Below are positions 16,013 through 29,443 of a stretch of 64,000 nucleotides of DNA, in pieces (the stretch's first letter is position 1; the number at the start of each line of letters is the position of its first letter). Source of the DNA: the human T2T-CHM13v2.0 reference genome, Homo sapiens. The stretch lies in the NCBI RefSeq assembly GCF_009914755.1, contig NC_060935.1. One strand, 5' to 3'. The notes beneath the pieces were generated by a model. That model did not search any database. It worked only from the letters and a program-made list of their open reading frames with translations, and was not told where the DNA came from. A program made the translations under genes and the position numbers.

Positions 16013-16601
16013 TGTGATGGTTAATTTTATGTGTCAACTCGACTGGGTTATAAAATTCCCAGATATTTGGTCACACATTATTCTGGGTGTGTCTGTGAGG
16101 ATGTTTTTGGATTAGATTAGCATTTTAATTAGTAGACTAAGTGAAGAAGACTGCTTTCCTCAATGTGGATGGGCCCCATTCAATCAGTTGAAGGCTTGAA
16201 TAAAAAAAAGACTGACTTCTCTCTCTCTCTCTCTCCCCTGAATAAGAGGGTACTCTTCCTATCTGATAGCCTTGAGCTGGGACACCAGTGTAGCCCTGCC
16301 TACAGACTCTGGCTAGAACATTGGCTGTTGTGCCAGCTTGTGGACTAGAACAGCTCTTCTGGGTCTCTAGCTTTCCAACTGCAGATCTGGATATTTCTCA
16401 GCCTCCATACTTACACAGACCAATTTTTAAACAGTAATTCTCTTTCTCATCTATCTGTGTATCTATCTATCTATCTAGTCTATCTCTGTATTATCTATCT
16501 GGGATAAAGACACACATGTGCACGTGCATGCGAGTGTGCACACACACATACACACACACACAATTGGTTCTATTTTTTTCTGGAAACCCCTGACTCTTAT
16601 A
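16013..16601 (+). mobile_element. MLT2 (ERVL) solo LTR inserted into an L2
   Basis: Starts tgtgatggttaattttatgtgtcaac. Internal (CT), (CTAT) and (CA) microsatellites are typical of MLT2. Exact 5-bp TSD CCCCT at 16008-16012 and 16602-16606. Confidence 0.88.
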
Positions 16602-17270
16602 CCCCTAAATGTTGTTGTTGTTGTTGTTGTTTTAGCCAGGGTTCTGTCTTAGCATTTTCCCCTCACTCTGCATGCTATACTTGAATAATCCCACTTTCTT
16701 CAATGGCTCCCAAGACCACACTTATGTTGGAAAATTCCAAATGTTTCTCATCACTCCAGATCCCTCCTGAACTCCAAGATACAACCTCATATATTCAGCC
16801 ATCATCTCGGTATTCCTCCTTAGATATCTCAATGTTCTCCCGAATCAGCCTGTCCAAAGGAGATGGCAGCACTCTCTACACAAGCCTGCCTTTTCCTCCC
16901 CTGCTCCTGATTTCACACCTTGCCCTACCTTTCACTCATTACCCAACCTGGGGGCCACCTCTTCTACACTCTCTGAATCCCATTAGTCCTCCAGGATGTG
17001 GACTGTGCCTCCAGGACCCCTCTCACAGCTAACCCCTTCCCTTAACGGCCATTAGCACTGCTATAGACCACGTGTCACCATTGCTCGTACTCACTGCACA
17101 TGTTTGTATAAGCCTTTCTACGCTGGATTCTGTACTCCTTCTGGGTAGGAATCCTCACTGATCCACTGTTTATTGTTTTTTTAATCCCTCAGTTCTCAGC
17201 AATGTACTTAGCCAATATTAGATACTTAGCACATGACTGACGTCTGAATGAATGATTGAATGAATGAATG
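16602..17270 (+). mobile_element. L2 3' portion
   Basis: Degenerate L2 motifs (cccctaaatgttg..ccagggttctgtc, ctcctgaactcca) ending in a (TGAA)n tail. Confidence 0.6.
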
Positions 17271-17928
17271 ACTTCCCTTGGAAGTCCATGGGGTATAGGG
17301 AAGGAGGCAGAGCATATGATAAGAACTTGGCCTGACGCAGGAGACAAGAAACAGAAATAGAAGTCAATTTGTTTGCCATAAATAAATAAAAGGCAAATTC
17401 TCCTTGATTAAATTTGAAATGAGGAAAACAGAAACAAGCAGTTATCTTAAGAGCAGGGTAGTTTAATATCCTAACTACCTACCATGGGATAGGACAAACT
17501 CTGCTATAGAAGGTTTTTGTTTTGGGGTTTGTCATTTTCAGATATCCAGCCGAGGACACTGAACCAAACGTAGTTTTTCTAAAGAGGCCCTAGGTTATAT
17601 TTAAAGTTCTCCCAGTGCTCACTGCCTGGGATCTTAAGACTTTGATTTAAAAGACAAGCACAGAGCAAAACTCCTGAAGATCAATTAATCTAACTCATCA
17701 AGACGGATCTGATTTGAATTGCGGTTCCAGGCAGCAACTAGTAGTCCAGAGACAAGACTGCTGAGTTGGCTGATGGGTAGAGAGAGCACAGCCTCAAATA
17801 CCCTGCAAAATGCCAGACAGAAGGCTGACAACTAAGCAAAAAATTCAGATTTTGTAGATCTTACTTTTGAAGAACTCCACCCCTCTCTTTTCTTTCAACT
17901 ATTTATCAATGTATTTTTTTTTCACTTA

Positions 17929-20303
17929 CATGCACACCTTGTTTTATTGTGCTTTGCTTTATTGTTCTTCGCAGACATTGCATTTTTTACAGCTTGAAGG
18001 TTTGTGGCAACCCTCTGTCCAGCAAATCTATTGGAACCATTTTTCCAACAGCATGTGCTCACTTTGTGTCTCACATTATGGTTATTATCCCAATATTTCA
18101 AATACTTTCATTATTATTAGGGCTATTATGGTGATCTGTGATCAGTGATCTTTGATGTTAATATTGTAATTGTTTTGGGGTGCCACAAACACACCATATG
18201 AGATGGTGAGCTTAATCAATGAGTGTGGTGTGTGTTCTGACTGCTCCATCAACCAGCCATTTCTCATCTTTCTCCCTTTCCTCAAGCCTCCCTATTCCAT
18301 GAGACACAACTATATTGAAATTAGGCCAATTAGCAACCCCACAAAGGCTTCTAAGTGTTCAAGTGAAAGAGTCGCATGTCTGTCCCTTTAAATCAAAAGC
18401 TAGAAATGACTGAGCTTAGTGAGGAAATCTTGTTAAAAGCTGAGATAGGCCTAAAGCTAGACCTCTTGTGCCGAATAGTCAGCCAAGTTGTGAATGCAAT
18501 GGAAAAGCTCTTGAAGTAAATTAAAAGTGCTACTCCAGTGAATACATAAATGACAAGAAAGCAAAACAGCCTTATTGCTGCTATAGAGAAACTTCTGGTG
18601 GTCTGTATAGAAGATGAAATCAACCACAACATTCTTTTAAGCCAACACCTAATACAGAGCAAGGCCCTAACTGTCTTAAATTATATGAAGGCTGACAGAG
18701 ATGAGGAAGTTGCAGAAGAAATGTTGGAAGCTAGCACAGGTTGGCTCATGAGGTTTAAGGAAAGAAACCATCTCCATAACATAAAAGTTTAAGGTGAAGC
18801 AGTAAGTGCTGATGTAGAAGCTGTAGCAAGATATGCAGAAGATCTAGCTAAGATGCTTGATAAATGTGGCTACACTCAACAACAGACTTTCACTGTAGAT
18901 GAAACAACTTTTTATTGGAAGAAGGCACCATCTAGGTCTCTCATAGCTAGAGAATAGAAGTCAAGGCCTGGCTTCAAAGTTTCAAAGGACAGGCTGTCCC
19001 TCTCATTATGGACTAACATAACTGGTGACTTTAAGTTAAAGCCAATGCTCATTTATCATTTTAAAAATCCTATTGCCTGTGCAGAGTAGATTGGAACAAT
19101 GAAGGCTGAAGGACAGCACATCTGCTTACAGGTTAGTTTACTGAATATTTTAAGCCCACTGTTGAGAACTACTGCTCAGAAAAGAAGATTCCTTTCAAAA
19201 TATTACTGCTCATTGACACTTAACCTCGTCACCCAAGGGCTGTGATGGAGATATGCAAGATTAATGTTGTTTTCTTGCCTGCTAACACAACACCCATTCT
19301 GATTTCTATTTCAAATCAAAAAGTAATTTTGGCTTTCAAGTCTCATTATTTAAAAATACATTTTGTTGAGGCTCTAGCTGCCTCAGATGGTGATTCCTCT
19401 GATGGATATGGGCAAAGTAAATTGAAAACCTATTGGAAAGGATTCATCATTCTAGATGCCATTAAGAACATGCATGATTCATGGGAGGAGGTCAAGATAG
19501 CAATATTAATAGGAGTTTGGAAGAAGTTGATTCCAATCCTCACGGATGACTTTGAGGGGTTCAAGATTTCAGTGGAGGAAGTAACTGCAGATGTGGTGGA
19601 AGCAGCAAGAGAAGTAGAATTTGAAGTGAAGCCTGAAGATATGACCGAATTGCTGCAATCTTGTAAGACTTTAGTGGATGAGGAGTTGCTTCTCATGGAT
19701 GAGCGAAGAAAGTGGTTTCTTGAGGTGAAATGTACTCTCAGTGCAGATGCTATAAACAAAGTTGAAACGACAACAAAAGATTTAGAATATCCAATAAGCT
19801 TAGGTGATAAAGCAGCAGCAGGATTTGAGAGGATGGACCTAAATTTTAAAAGAAGTTCTATTGTGGGTAAAATGCTGTCAAACAGCATCACATGATATAG
19901 AGAAATCTTTCATGAAAGGAACATTCAAATTGATATGGCCAACTTCACTGTGGTCTTATTTTAAGAAATTGCCACAGCCACTCCAACTTTCAGCAACCAC
20001 CACCCTGATCAGTCAGCAGTCGTCAACACTAAGGCAAGACCCTCCACCAGCAAAGAGATTATAACTCGTTAAAGGCTCAGATGATTGTTAGCACTTTTTA
20101 GCAATAAAGATTTTGTAAATTAAGGTCCATAAATTGCTTTTTAGACATAATACTATTAAACACTTAATAGACTATGGTATAGTGTAAACATAACTTTTAT
20201 ACGCACTGGGAAACAAAAAAAATTGTGCGATTTCCTTTATTGCAATGCTCACTTCCTTGCAGTAATCTGGAACCAAACTTGCAATATATCTGAGGTATTC
20301 CTG
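17929..20303 (+). mobile_element. Tigger1 (pogo/Tc1-mariner) DNA transposon, near full length, with an inactivated transposase
   Basis: TIR-like ends TA|catgcacacctt and gaggtattcctg|TG. ORF fragments 18550-18792 (CENP-B-type HTH region, [13 protein letters not shown]) and 19242-19895 (DDE C-terminal part) are interrupted by stops and frameshifts. Confidence 0.93.
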
Positions 20304-20481
20304 TGTTTGGAAAGATCTAGCCAAATAAAAAATAACCTTTTATAGCCTAAATGGCTGAGAGCACTGATAAAATAATGGAGAAGACAGGAACAGTTGTGGA
20401 AGAGATCTAGCCTTCTAACACTTAGTTTCCTGAAATAAAGGAAGTGTTAGCCTTCTCCCTTGCCATCCTTCACCAAACAGA

Positions 20482-20482
20482 A

Positions 20483-20521
<39 letters not shown>

Positions 20522-20539
20522 ACACACAGACACACACAC
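20482..20539. repeat. (CA)n microsatellite, interrupted
   Basis: Direct observation. Confidence 0.95.
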
Positions 20540-23500
20540 AGATTCTTGAAAGTTTGGAAGCACTGATGCTTGCAAATAGGCCCATTAAAAGAAGATAAAT
20601 CAACTGGAAATGCATAAAAAGTCTCATTTATCATAAGACGTGTTGGACAGGGTTTTGAGTTTTACATACATTTATTCTAGAAATCTGTTTATCTGTGCAA
20701 CGTTTCTGAACAAAATGCTTTGTGACGAACCATCCTCTCCACTTGAATCTATATGGAAAGCAATTAAGTTCAAACCCCGAAGACAAAACATGATAAACAC
20801 AGCAGGCATGCTATTGATTTGGAATTTCACAACTGCCCTTCTTCCTTTTGGATATCATCTCCTTATACCCCAAAAGGCCTCCTATACCTCCTACACTTAT
20901 GAAATGTGTTTCTTACGTCTTCAGCCAAGGCAACTTCCCTGACTACTCCCTGAGGACTACAAACAATGAGTTACTTCAACATGTCTGGAGATGATTAACC
21001 TGAAAGTGGTTAAAAGTGCCACCCCTGGAGTGAATGACTTTCCTCAGCCCAGCCAGGATATGACTCCAATGCCAAAAATTTGCACATGTCCCATTTCCCC
21101 ACCTGCACTTGTCCATAACGGAAGAGGGATGTGTATTTGAGCGAGGGGAGGTACAGAAAAAATTAGAAAGCCACTCAATTTATCCATATTACACTTTCAA
21201 ATCCCTTCAGTGCAAGGGACCTATCTCATGAATTTTTTCATTTTCCATCTCTAGCAATTAGTGGGCAACTACAAGGTTTGAGAAAGAGAAAAACTTCATC
21301 TGTGCACAGGGCCTGGCTCAGTAGTTTCTTAATAAATATTCAATGAACAGCTATTGAATGACTAAATCTGTACATACAAAGCAGAGGATTCCAGCCCAGC
21401 TGATAGACTATTCCAGCCATATTCATAATCTGGGGTGAAAGCAACACATCTGTTCCATCATGAAGAGTGTTATTGATTAGCATGGTCAGATTGGTGTCCA
21501 CTGTCTGACATCTGCAGACACAGGCTGGGTGGCATGTGGGCAACACCCCCTTCTCCCCCATAGATAGATAGTTTTAGCTCTTCAGTGAATATAATTGTCA
21601 GTGTGACAGACTCTAGTAGGAGTTTGCCTAGTCTGCACTTTATTCCATGTTGGGTAGGTCCTCCTAGAACCCCTCCTCCAAAGAAGAGAAATAAGAATCT
21701 AAGATCAGGAATTCTCTTAGAAACACTACAATAATCTCTCCTCAGCATTTCTGCACAAATGCCCAGGGGTACACCCAGCAACCTCACCCCCTGAGGGCCT
21801 GCCAACAGCTTGTGCTACAAACTCCTGCAAATAGGATTTATTAGAACAGAATCAAGTGACAGACTCAGAACGAAGGCAGCACAGATGAAGAAGACCCTGA
21901 GGTTCTATGCAGATGTTGACTTTTATCAAGGTCAACACTGAGATTTATTGACCCAAGAGGTAAATATTGATGGAGGCTCAGGAGGTCAATATTTGCCCCA
22001 AGGTGAATAAATCTTCCCAATGACCCTCAAACAGAAGTCTGTATAGAGTAGACTCAGTTCGAAAATGAATTAGCTGTGACATAGATTAAGATACTATTTC
22101 ATTAGATTGTCTAGGGCATTGGAAAGCAATATTAATACTAAGCACTTCATGTTCAAAGTACTTTCCAAACATTCATTAAAGTGCACCTCCCTCTAGCAGA
22201 TGCATAAAAGTGTTGTACTCCCAACTCAACAGATGGGATATTAGAGCCAAGAAAAAGTTAAGTAATTTTACCTAGGCCACAGAAAAAGCGGCTCAAGAAC
22301 AGAGAGATAAAATGGAGATAAGTGTGAGTTAGGAGCTCTGGGGATGAGCAAAGGTCTACAGAACAGTGTCTTAATTAACATTCCTGGTCAAATTAATAAG
22401 TCCACTTGGTTTGATTACTTTCATTTAGTTAATTTATATCCCATTGTTCACAAATCTACTTAGGCTGTTCAATTGTATTGCTTATTTACAGAGATGCTTT
22501 TCGGCATTTACCCATGATAAACTCTACCTTTGGACATCGGTACTCAACTCTTAAGAAGTGAAGAGTGTGTTAGTGGTCACTGGGAAGGAACAGATTGGTT
22601 TATCCATGTATTTGCATAATCATTATCATCACATTCTAATTCTCATACAATACCTCTTCTCAGTAACAAGATGCTGGTACTGAGAAACCAGTATCCTGGA
22701 ACCCTATTGTGAAAGACTAACACGTGCGTCATTGCCATTTGAATTCACGGATCCAGTGATCCCTGCTTTTGCATTGTCTCAAAACTGAGCTTTAAATATT
22801 ATAAAATTTTGGTTCTTTGCTGATGGAGAGGTCAGAGCCATGGATAATCGAAACCTCAGCCAAAAGAAGATCAATAAATATTATTTCCTTCTGACTTTGG
22901 AGTGCATTATTTTCCCGTGTTTTATGTTGGCCTTGTTGTTTTTCTCTGGAGAGTTAACATCAGAAAAGAGTGAGTGCTTCCAGAGTGCCAGCGATGATAG
23001 CCAGACAGGTGACAGAACTTGATGTGTGTGGGTATCAGGTCAGCAGCTTTGAGGTTGTGCCATGTAATCCACAGGTAGGTACTTGAGTGGACTGGCCTCA
23101 ACTTGTAGAATTTAGAGTTTTCAAAGTTACTTCAATCTACTTTAAATCTTTGGAAGGAACAAATGGGGTCTTGAGAGTGTGACCATTTGGTTCACTTGAA
23201 AAGGAAACAATTTGACTTGAAGAGATGTAAATGGTTAGCTGATGCCAGGGTCTGAGGAAAGAATTTAGGAATTTTGACCCCAAGCTGCTTAGATACCTCA
23301 TTATTTTATCCTGCAATAGGATTTTGGAATTGTAGCTGTTACCCAGATAAGTAAGTGATACCAATATGATCTGATACTGTTACAAACGGTAATTTGACTG
23401 ACAATAAGGTACAGACAAATGAAAGTGTTTACAGGGTTTAATATTTAATAATGTAAAAGGAAAAAGTCGGCAAAAGCAGGCTGGAGATGAAAAGATCTGT

Positions 23501-23914
23501 ATCGAGTCAGAATTTTTGCCGATTGTCAGAGCAGCATGCGTCTCCTGGGGACCTGAATAAGCAAGCTGCTGTTCTGCAGAAATTGTTATCTTGGGCGTAT
23601 TGATTGAGTGTGCACCACTCAAGCTGTCAGTTTCTCCCTCCTATCCTTGCTTTATATTTTACATCATGGTATCCTCCTAAACTCTCACATACTGCCTGGC
23701 CTTCACACTTTAGGCCGCAGAACCGTGGTGTACTCTCGAAGGAGACCTAGGTGGTGTGCCTGACGTGTTAGTTCTGTCTGTGAGGAGCATCTCAGTGACT
23801 CTTCTCTAGGGCATACTAATGGGCTCATTCTGGAGGTGGCTGGGTGCTTTGAGTCTAGAGACATGCCACTGGCCCTTCTCTTAACTAGCATGGCCAAGAT
23901 ACCAACAGACTTGC

Positions 23915-24060
23915 TCCGTGGACAGTTACTTAACCTGTATATGCCTCGGTTTTCTCATCTGTAAAATGGGAATAATGCTTACCTTACAGAACTCTCAGGA
24001 AGATAATAAACCTAAAACAATCAGCACACTTTCTGACACAGAGCTGTCCTCAGTAAACAA
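23915..24060 (+). mobile_element. MIR fragment
   Basis: Core agttacttaacc...gcctcggttttctcatctgtaaaatgggaataat. Confidence 0.7.
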
Positions 24061-24905
24061 GAATGACTGTTATTTATTAATGCAGTCCACAGAAATCTGT
24101 AAATTAAATAAGAAACTGTTTAGATTGCAGAAGACCTAGCCCTAAACCCAGAATCCCAGAATTCTTGAGCGAGAAGGGCATTTGAGAGGTGATCTTATCC
24201 ATCTACCTGCCTTCTCTGTAAGCCCAGAGAGCTGACAATCTCTTTACTTTCAAAAGCCATTAGAAATGACTCTGAAACTTTCTCTGACCCGGAGCTCAAT
24301 GTTTGTACAACCTGACAATAGCTTGAGTAGCTCAAACACCTCTGACACCTGGAGCAGAGACTGGAACCCTTTGTCCAGCTCTTCCTCTTTGTGCGTAACA
24401 CTGTTCTATTTCTATTAGCTTTTCTTCAGCAATTTTACTTTCCTCGGTGCTCCTTCACCATGCCCGCACATCCCTCCAAAGAGCACTGCAAGTTCTAACA
24501 GCCCCTGGAACCTTAGAGAACAGGAGAGCACCGTGCTAATGAGACCAAAGTCAACAGGTTGCTTCCTACCAGGGAATAACTTCCCACAGGGAAGATCTGC
24601 CTTGTGGCCTCCAAACTGCAGCCTTTCACTTCAGGAGCTGCCTTGCAATAATAATAATGATCACATCTAACCTTCAGGTGCCCTTTTCTATATTTGAAAA
24701 ATCTCCACATCTCAGCTGATCTTCACAGTAACCCCGAGAAATGCCACCACTGGACTTGTTACATCCATCTCAGAGACAAAGAAGCAACCGCAGAGAAATG
24801 GCCAGGATCGTGTCCTCAGAATGAGGCAATGTTCACTCAAACCCAAGCCTTCTGAAAGTGAGCCCTGGGCTCTTTTTCTTCACATTACACAGCAAATGAA
24901 AATGG

Positions 24906-25117
24906 TAGTGGTTCTCAGGTGGGGGCGATTTTCTCCCACTCCCTCCCTGGGTACACTTGGTGATGTCTGGAGATATTTTTGCTTGTCGCAGCTGGGGAGG
25001 GGGGGTGCTACAGGCACATACTGGGTAGCTAAACCTCTTACAATGCACAAGACAACCCCTCACAACAAAGAATTACCCTGCCCAAAATATCAATAATGCC
25101 AAGGTTGAGAAATCTTG
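24906..25117 (+). mobile_element. MER20 (hAT-Charlie) non-autonomous DNA transposon
   Basis: tagtggttctca..gggggcgatttt..tgtctggaga..cacaacaaagaatta..gccaaggttgagaaatcttg follows the recalled MER20 consensus end to end. Confidence 0.88.
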
Positions 25118-26039
25118 TCAGATTTATAGTAAGAGGACAAACAACAGAATCCAGCCACCTGACTACCAGCCAAGCCCTATTTTCCTGCCTATCTTACTAG
25201 GCCAACTTGCTTCCCCCAAAGAAACTTCATAGACATTTGCAAAGGACTTTGGGATACTCAGAAAAAAGTTAATAGCTAAATGTAGAGTTGTTGGATTTTG
25301 TAAAGCTGTTGGTAAAGTTATTTTCATTTTGCTTTTCAAATTAGTTTGGGAGTTGGTGTTCTTCTTTACATAATTACAAGCTGACAAACATGCTTCTGTA
25401 TTTTTTTTAATTAACAGATATGTGTATTCAAGTTCTCCAAATTACATGCCACAGCTTGCATATTACAGGACAGCTGCCATGCTCCAGATGTAGGCAATAA
25501 CCAGAACATGGTAATGGCAAAATGCAAAAGAAAGAAAGGGGGAAGAAAAGAAGAAAAGAAGGAAAGGCTAATGTATCAGGACGGAGAAGAGCAATTTCAG
25601 TCAATGGGTTTGGATTTTTTACAGAGATGAATACCTTAGATTCTCCCAAATTTTCAGCTCAGTTTGAACATTTGGGATGAAGCTGTCTGGGTCATTCATT
25701 GCTGCCATCAAAGGCTCACCAGCGCCTTGTAAAAGCAGATTACAGATGAAATGGGGCACATATAAATGCTAACAGCGTGCTGGAGAAACTATTCAAATTG
25801 CTCCTGTTTACAAGTGCCCTATTAAATGTGCTCAGCTCCTCCTGAAGAAAGCTGCTCTAAGCTGGGTAAACTGCTATATTTATTTTGCCCATTTATAACA
25901 CGGCAGCCCCTTTTGGTCACTCAATCCCAGGTGCAGGCTCTGTCTGGTATCCACAAATCAGGAACTCTACAGGATGGGGCTCTGCAGTGAGAAAGGGGCA
26001 GGGGCAGTAGATGAAAGTCCCAGTCCCACACCTACCAAC

Positions 26040-26150
26040 TAGCTTACTGTGTGACTCTAGGAAAAGGACTGTACCTCTCTGAGACTCAGTTCCCTCATCT
26101 GTAAAAAACGGGGCATGACTGGACAACCTCTGAGGTCCCTTCGACTCTCC
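26040..26150 (+). mobile_element. MIR/MIR3 fragment
   Basis: ctctctgagactcagttccctcatctgtaaaa...ctctgaggtcccttc. Confidence 0.65.
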
Positions 26151-29100
26151 AGGTTAGGAGTGGTTATATTTTTGAGTATCTCTGCAGATACGGGAAAACC
26201 CTGCCTCTCCTTGCATAGATGTCAGAAGTAACACTTCAGGCGGGGGCGTCTGAGGTTCGCGTGTGAGGGAATCAGGTGCATTGCACAGTCATCTCCTGCT
26301 CAAGACAGAGGAGGGCGCTCAGGGGCCAATCAAACGACTTCTAAACCGCGAAAACAGGCCTGGGGCAAAAGAGTCCGTAGATACCGCAGTCAAGGGGCGA
26401 TTCACTCCATTTACTGACACAATAGACATGGAGTGCCTCCCATGGACACAGGGAATGAAGGGATAGACAGATGTCCTATCTTTGGGAATGCTGGCCTTCC
26501 AAGGAGAGAGTTGTCCACTGGGGAAAACGCCTGGGCAATTCCCTGCAGTGTGGCAGGTGTGAAGGTGGAGGTAAGTTTGGGGTGCTATGGGAACTCAGAG
26601 GAGGGAAAAAAGCCACTGAGGAGGTGACACCCAGCGGTATCTGGAAGAATGAACAGGTGTGAACCAGGGGAAGAGGGAGTAAGAACGTCTCCTGAGGGCG
26701 GAGGCTGTGGGTAGCAATGGAGCATGGTGTGTTCAGAGCCAGCCAAGCAATCCCACAGGAGAACACAAGAAATATCCCCACGGCACAGCCTACCCAAGTG
26801 AATAAGGCAGGAAAGACCTGTGAGAAGTGAAAAGGCTCGGGTGAACTGTGATGGTAGCCATGATGCTTTTCCACGCCCTTGATGACACAGGCTTATTTGA
26901 ATAATTTTGCAGTGGGACCTGGCTCACTTTTGTAGATCCCTTCAAAGCTGGAGATTGGTGCCTTCCGGGATTCTGCCATTGAAGGAAGGAAAAAGGTAGC
27001 AGACAGCCTTTCCCTTCTCTTCTCCTTTCTCTCTACTCTGCATGGAAATGCAAAATGCTGGAGTCCAAACACATTCATAAAATAATTTTGTAGGGCTGGT
27101 AGTTAGTTCCAGCAAAACCATTGAGGGGAAACAAAGGAAGTTTTGTGTTAATGTGACTAGTGTATGACTCTATCTGAGTTAAGACAATGCAATACGAAAG
27201 AAAATCTGGCTAAAATTAGCCTTCTTCTACCAGTCACAGCCAAGCTGCCCTAGGTTGTCACCTAGGGACGGAAGAGGAAAATGCAGCCTCTCTACCACTG
27301 CCCCTGCCCCCTCAGGGATATATCATGCATTTGAAAAATTCTTTCTTCTTTCAGTTTTTCGCTCTTCACAGCTCAGTTAATTCCACTTAAGACACTCTTG
27401 TTTCCCCGTATTTTTACTCATTTCCTTTGGTTTCCTTTTTGTTTTTCTTAATTTGAGCTTTCTCAGGAAGTTCTCTTCTTTTCCTTCTTTTCTTCCCTTT
27501 CTTTTCTCTCTCACATTATCTTGTTTATGAAACACTGCTCTTTATTAAACACTACATTAAACACAAATAGGTAGGCATAAGGTTAAGTGATAGTTGTGCC
27601 AATAAACAGAAGACCCTAGGTGTGTAGCGACATTAGACAAAAAGTAACCAGTACCATCAATCTTTAAAACCCCTACAGTGCCCTGTCAACCCCACAGAGG
27701 GTCCAGAAAAAAGTCATGAATTGTACCAGTATATTGTCATCTAAGGAAATCTGATTTTTATTAAGTATCAAATCACAGAACACGTTTGCTTTTACTTTTG
27801 TGTACTCAGTTACCGAATTGCTAATGAATTTACTAATGTTGTGATGGGATTTTTTCTATTATATGTAAAATGATAAACATACAGCATTTCAACCACATCC
27901 CTAGTTAAGTAAAATTTTGTGAATTAGTGAAGGAACTCCATTTAATTTAGAACATTGCTTCCATGAGAACAAGGTTTTCCTAGTTTCAAATAAGTGATAT
28001 CTAAGGACCCATAGAAACACTTGCAAATTAGGATCCAATGAGGCTCACCTGCTGCCAGGTATCTACGCAGCAGGAGAACCACAAACAGAAGCACATGGCG
28101 GTGCTATGGCTTCTCCCCCACCCACCAGTCTCCCTTACAGTAGCTGCGAGGTGCACAGGTAGTTTTAGGATTTAACATGTTTAGTAAACATTGCTTTTCC
28201 ATTTTCCTTTTATTTATTGTTCCCCACTCTCAACAGTGTTTGCCTTCCTTCCCATCTCTTGTCATTTCCCTCAAAGAAGCAGATTCTTATTTAGGTGGTT
28301 TTTGACTATTTACGAGTACAAAGTATTATCTACATTTCTGATGACATGAATTCCAGAAACAAAACTGAATAAACATTATGAAAAGGGTAATGTTTGGGAG
28401 GTTAAACCATTAGTGAAAAATCATCAAGGTATGCTTCTGATTCTTGAATGAATAGAGGTGACAGAGGCAACTCATTCAGTGCCCCAGTTTTCCCAGCTAT
28501 AACCTGAGAATAATGATCTTTATCTAAAAGATTGTAATCATTACAAATTGCTTGGAAATTCTGAAGAGATAACAGCTAGGTGTGAAAATGAGAGTTGTAG
28601 AAACCACTGGGAGCTGGACAGGGTTTTTATGTTCTGTTCGGGGTGTTGTCTTCCCAGGCTGTCATTTGACCTTTGGCATCATTGAGTCTCTCTCTTACTG
28701 AGTTCGGCACCCATAAAAATATGATCACATTACATTAACTCAGCAGTCCTATAGGAGAGTGAGTTCCTGTCGTGAGAGCACTGAAAGGAACCACAGAAAT
28801 GAAAATATCATCAGTCCGATTCTTCACTTTGGGCCCTATGTAAGATATTATTAGGGAAGGAACTTGTCATAAATCGTCTGTAACCCAAATTAGCAAAGGG
28901 CATCGAAGACGGTCCTCTGAATCTTTCCTATAGTCCATTCAAAAAGCTTGCAGGGAAGAGGCAGGAAAATCTTGCTTATTTTGATTCACTTGCATTGATT
29001 TTCCAAATAAGCCTGTTCTGGGTGACTTGGGCTGAGTGCTTGGTACAGAAAAGATGACAAGCAACTGAACTCAAGGAGGTAAGAGCAATGTCAGAAAAAT

Positions 29101-29347
29101 CCATTCAGTCCAGGATAGACAGATTAGTGTTTGTGAATTTACATGGCCCTTTATCCAATTCATAACTATAAACCCACTGCTGCAGAAGTGACACACAAGC
29201 TCATCTGATTTCTCTTGTTTGGAAAGTTGAAATCTCCGGATGAGTTAGAGGGCATGATGCTTCAGTGCCTTTTTCACTGGAAAATATCACAGGGTAAAAT
29301 GAATTTGTACATTTTCCCTAGACCTGGTGCCTATGCAAGAGGGTCTG

Positions 29348-29349
<2 letters not shown>

Positions 29350-29379
<30 letters not shown>
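29350..29379. repeat. (GA)n microsatellite
   Basis: Direct observation. Confidence 0.95.
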
Positions 29380-29384
<5 letters not shown>

Positions 29385-29443
29385 TGCATACACATTTCCA
29401 CACACACTGATCTCCCCCAGGAATCAGGGTAAAAGTCTCCAGA

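Noticed and set aside
18550-19895. Domesticated TIGD-like transposase gene
   Set aside because: The reading frame is broken by stops (e.g. 18790-18792), frameshifts and a deletion, so this is a fossil Tigger1.
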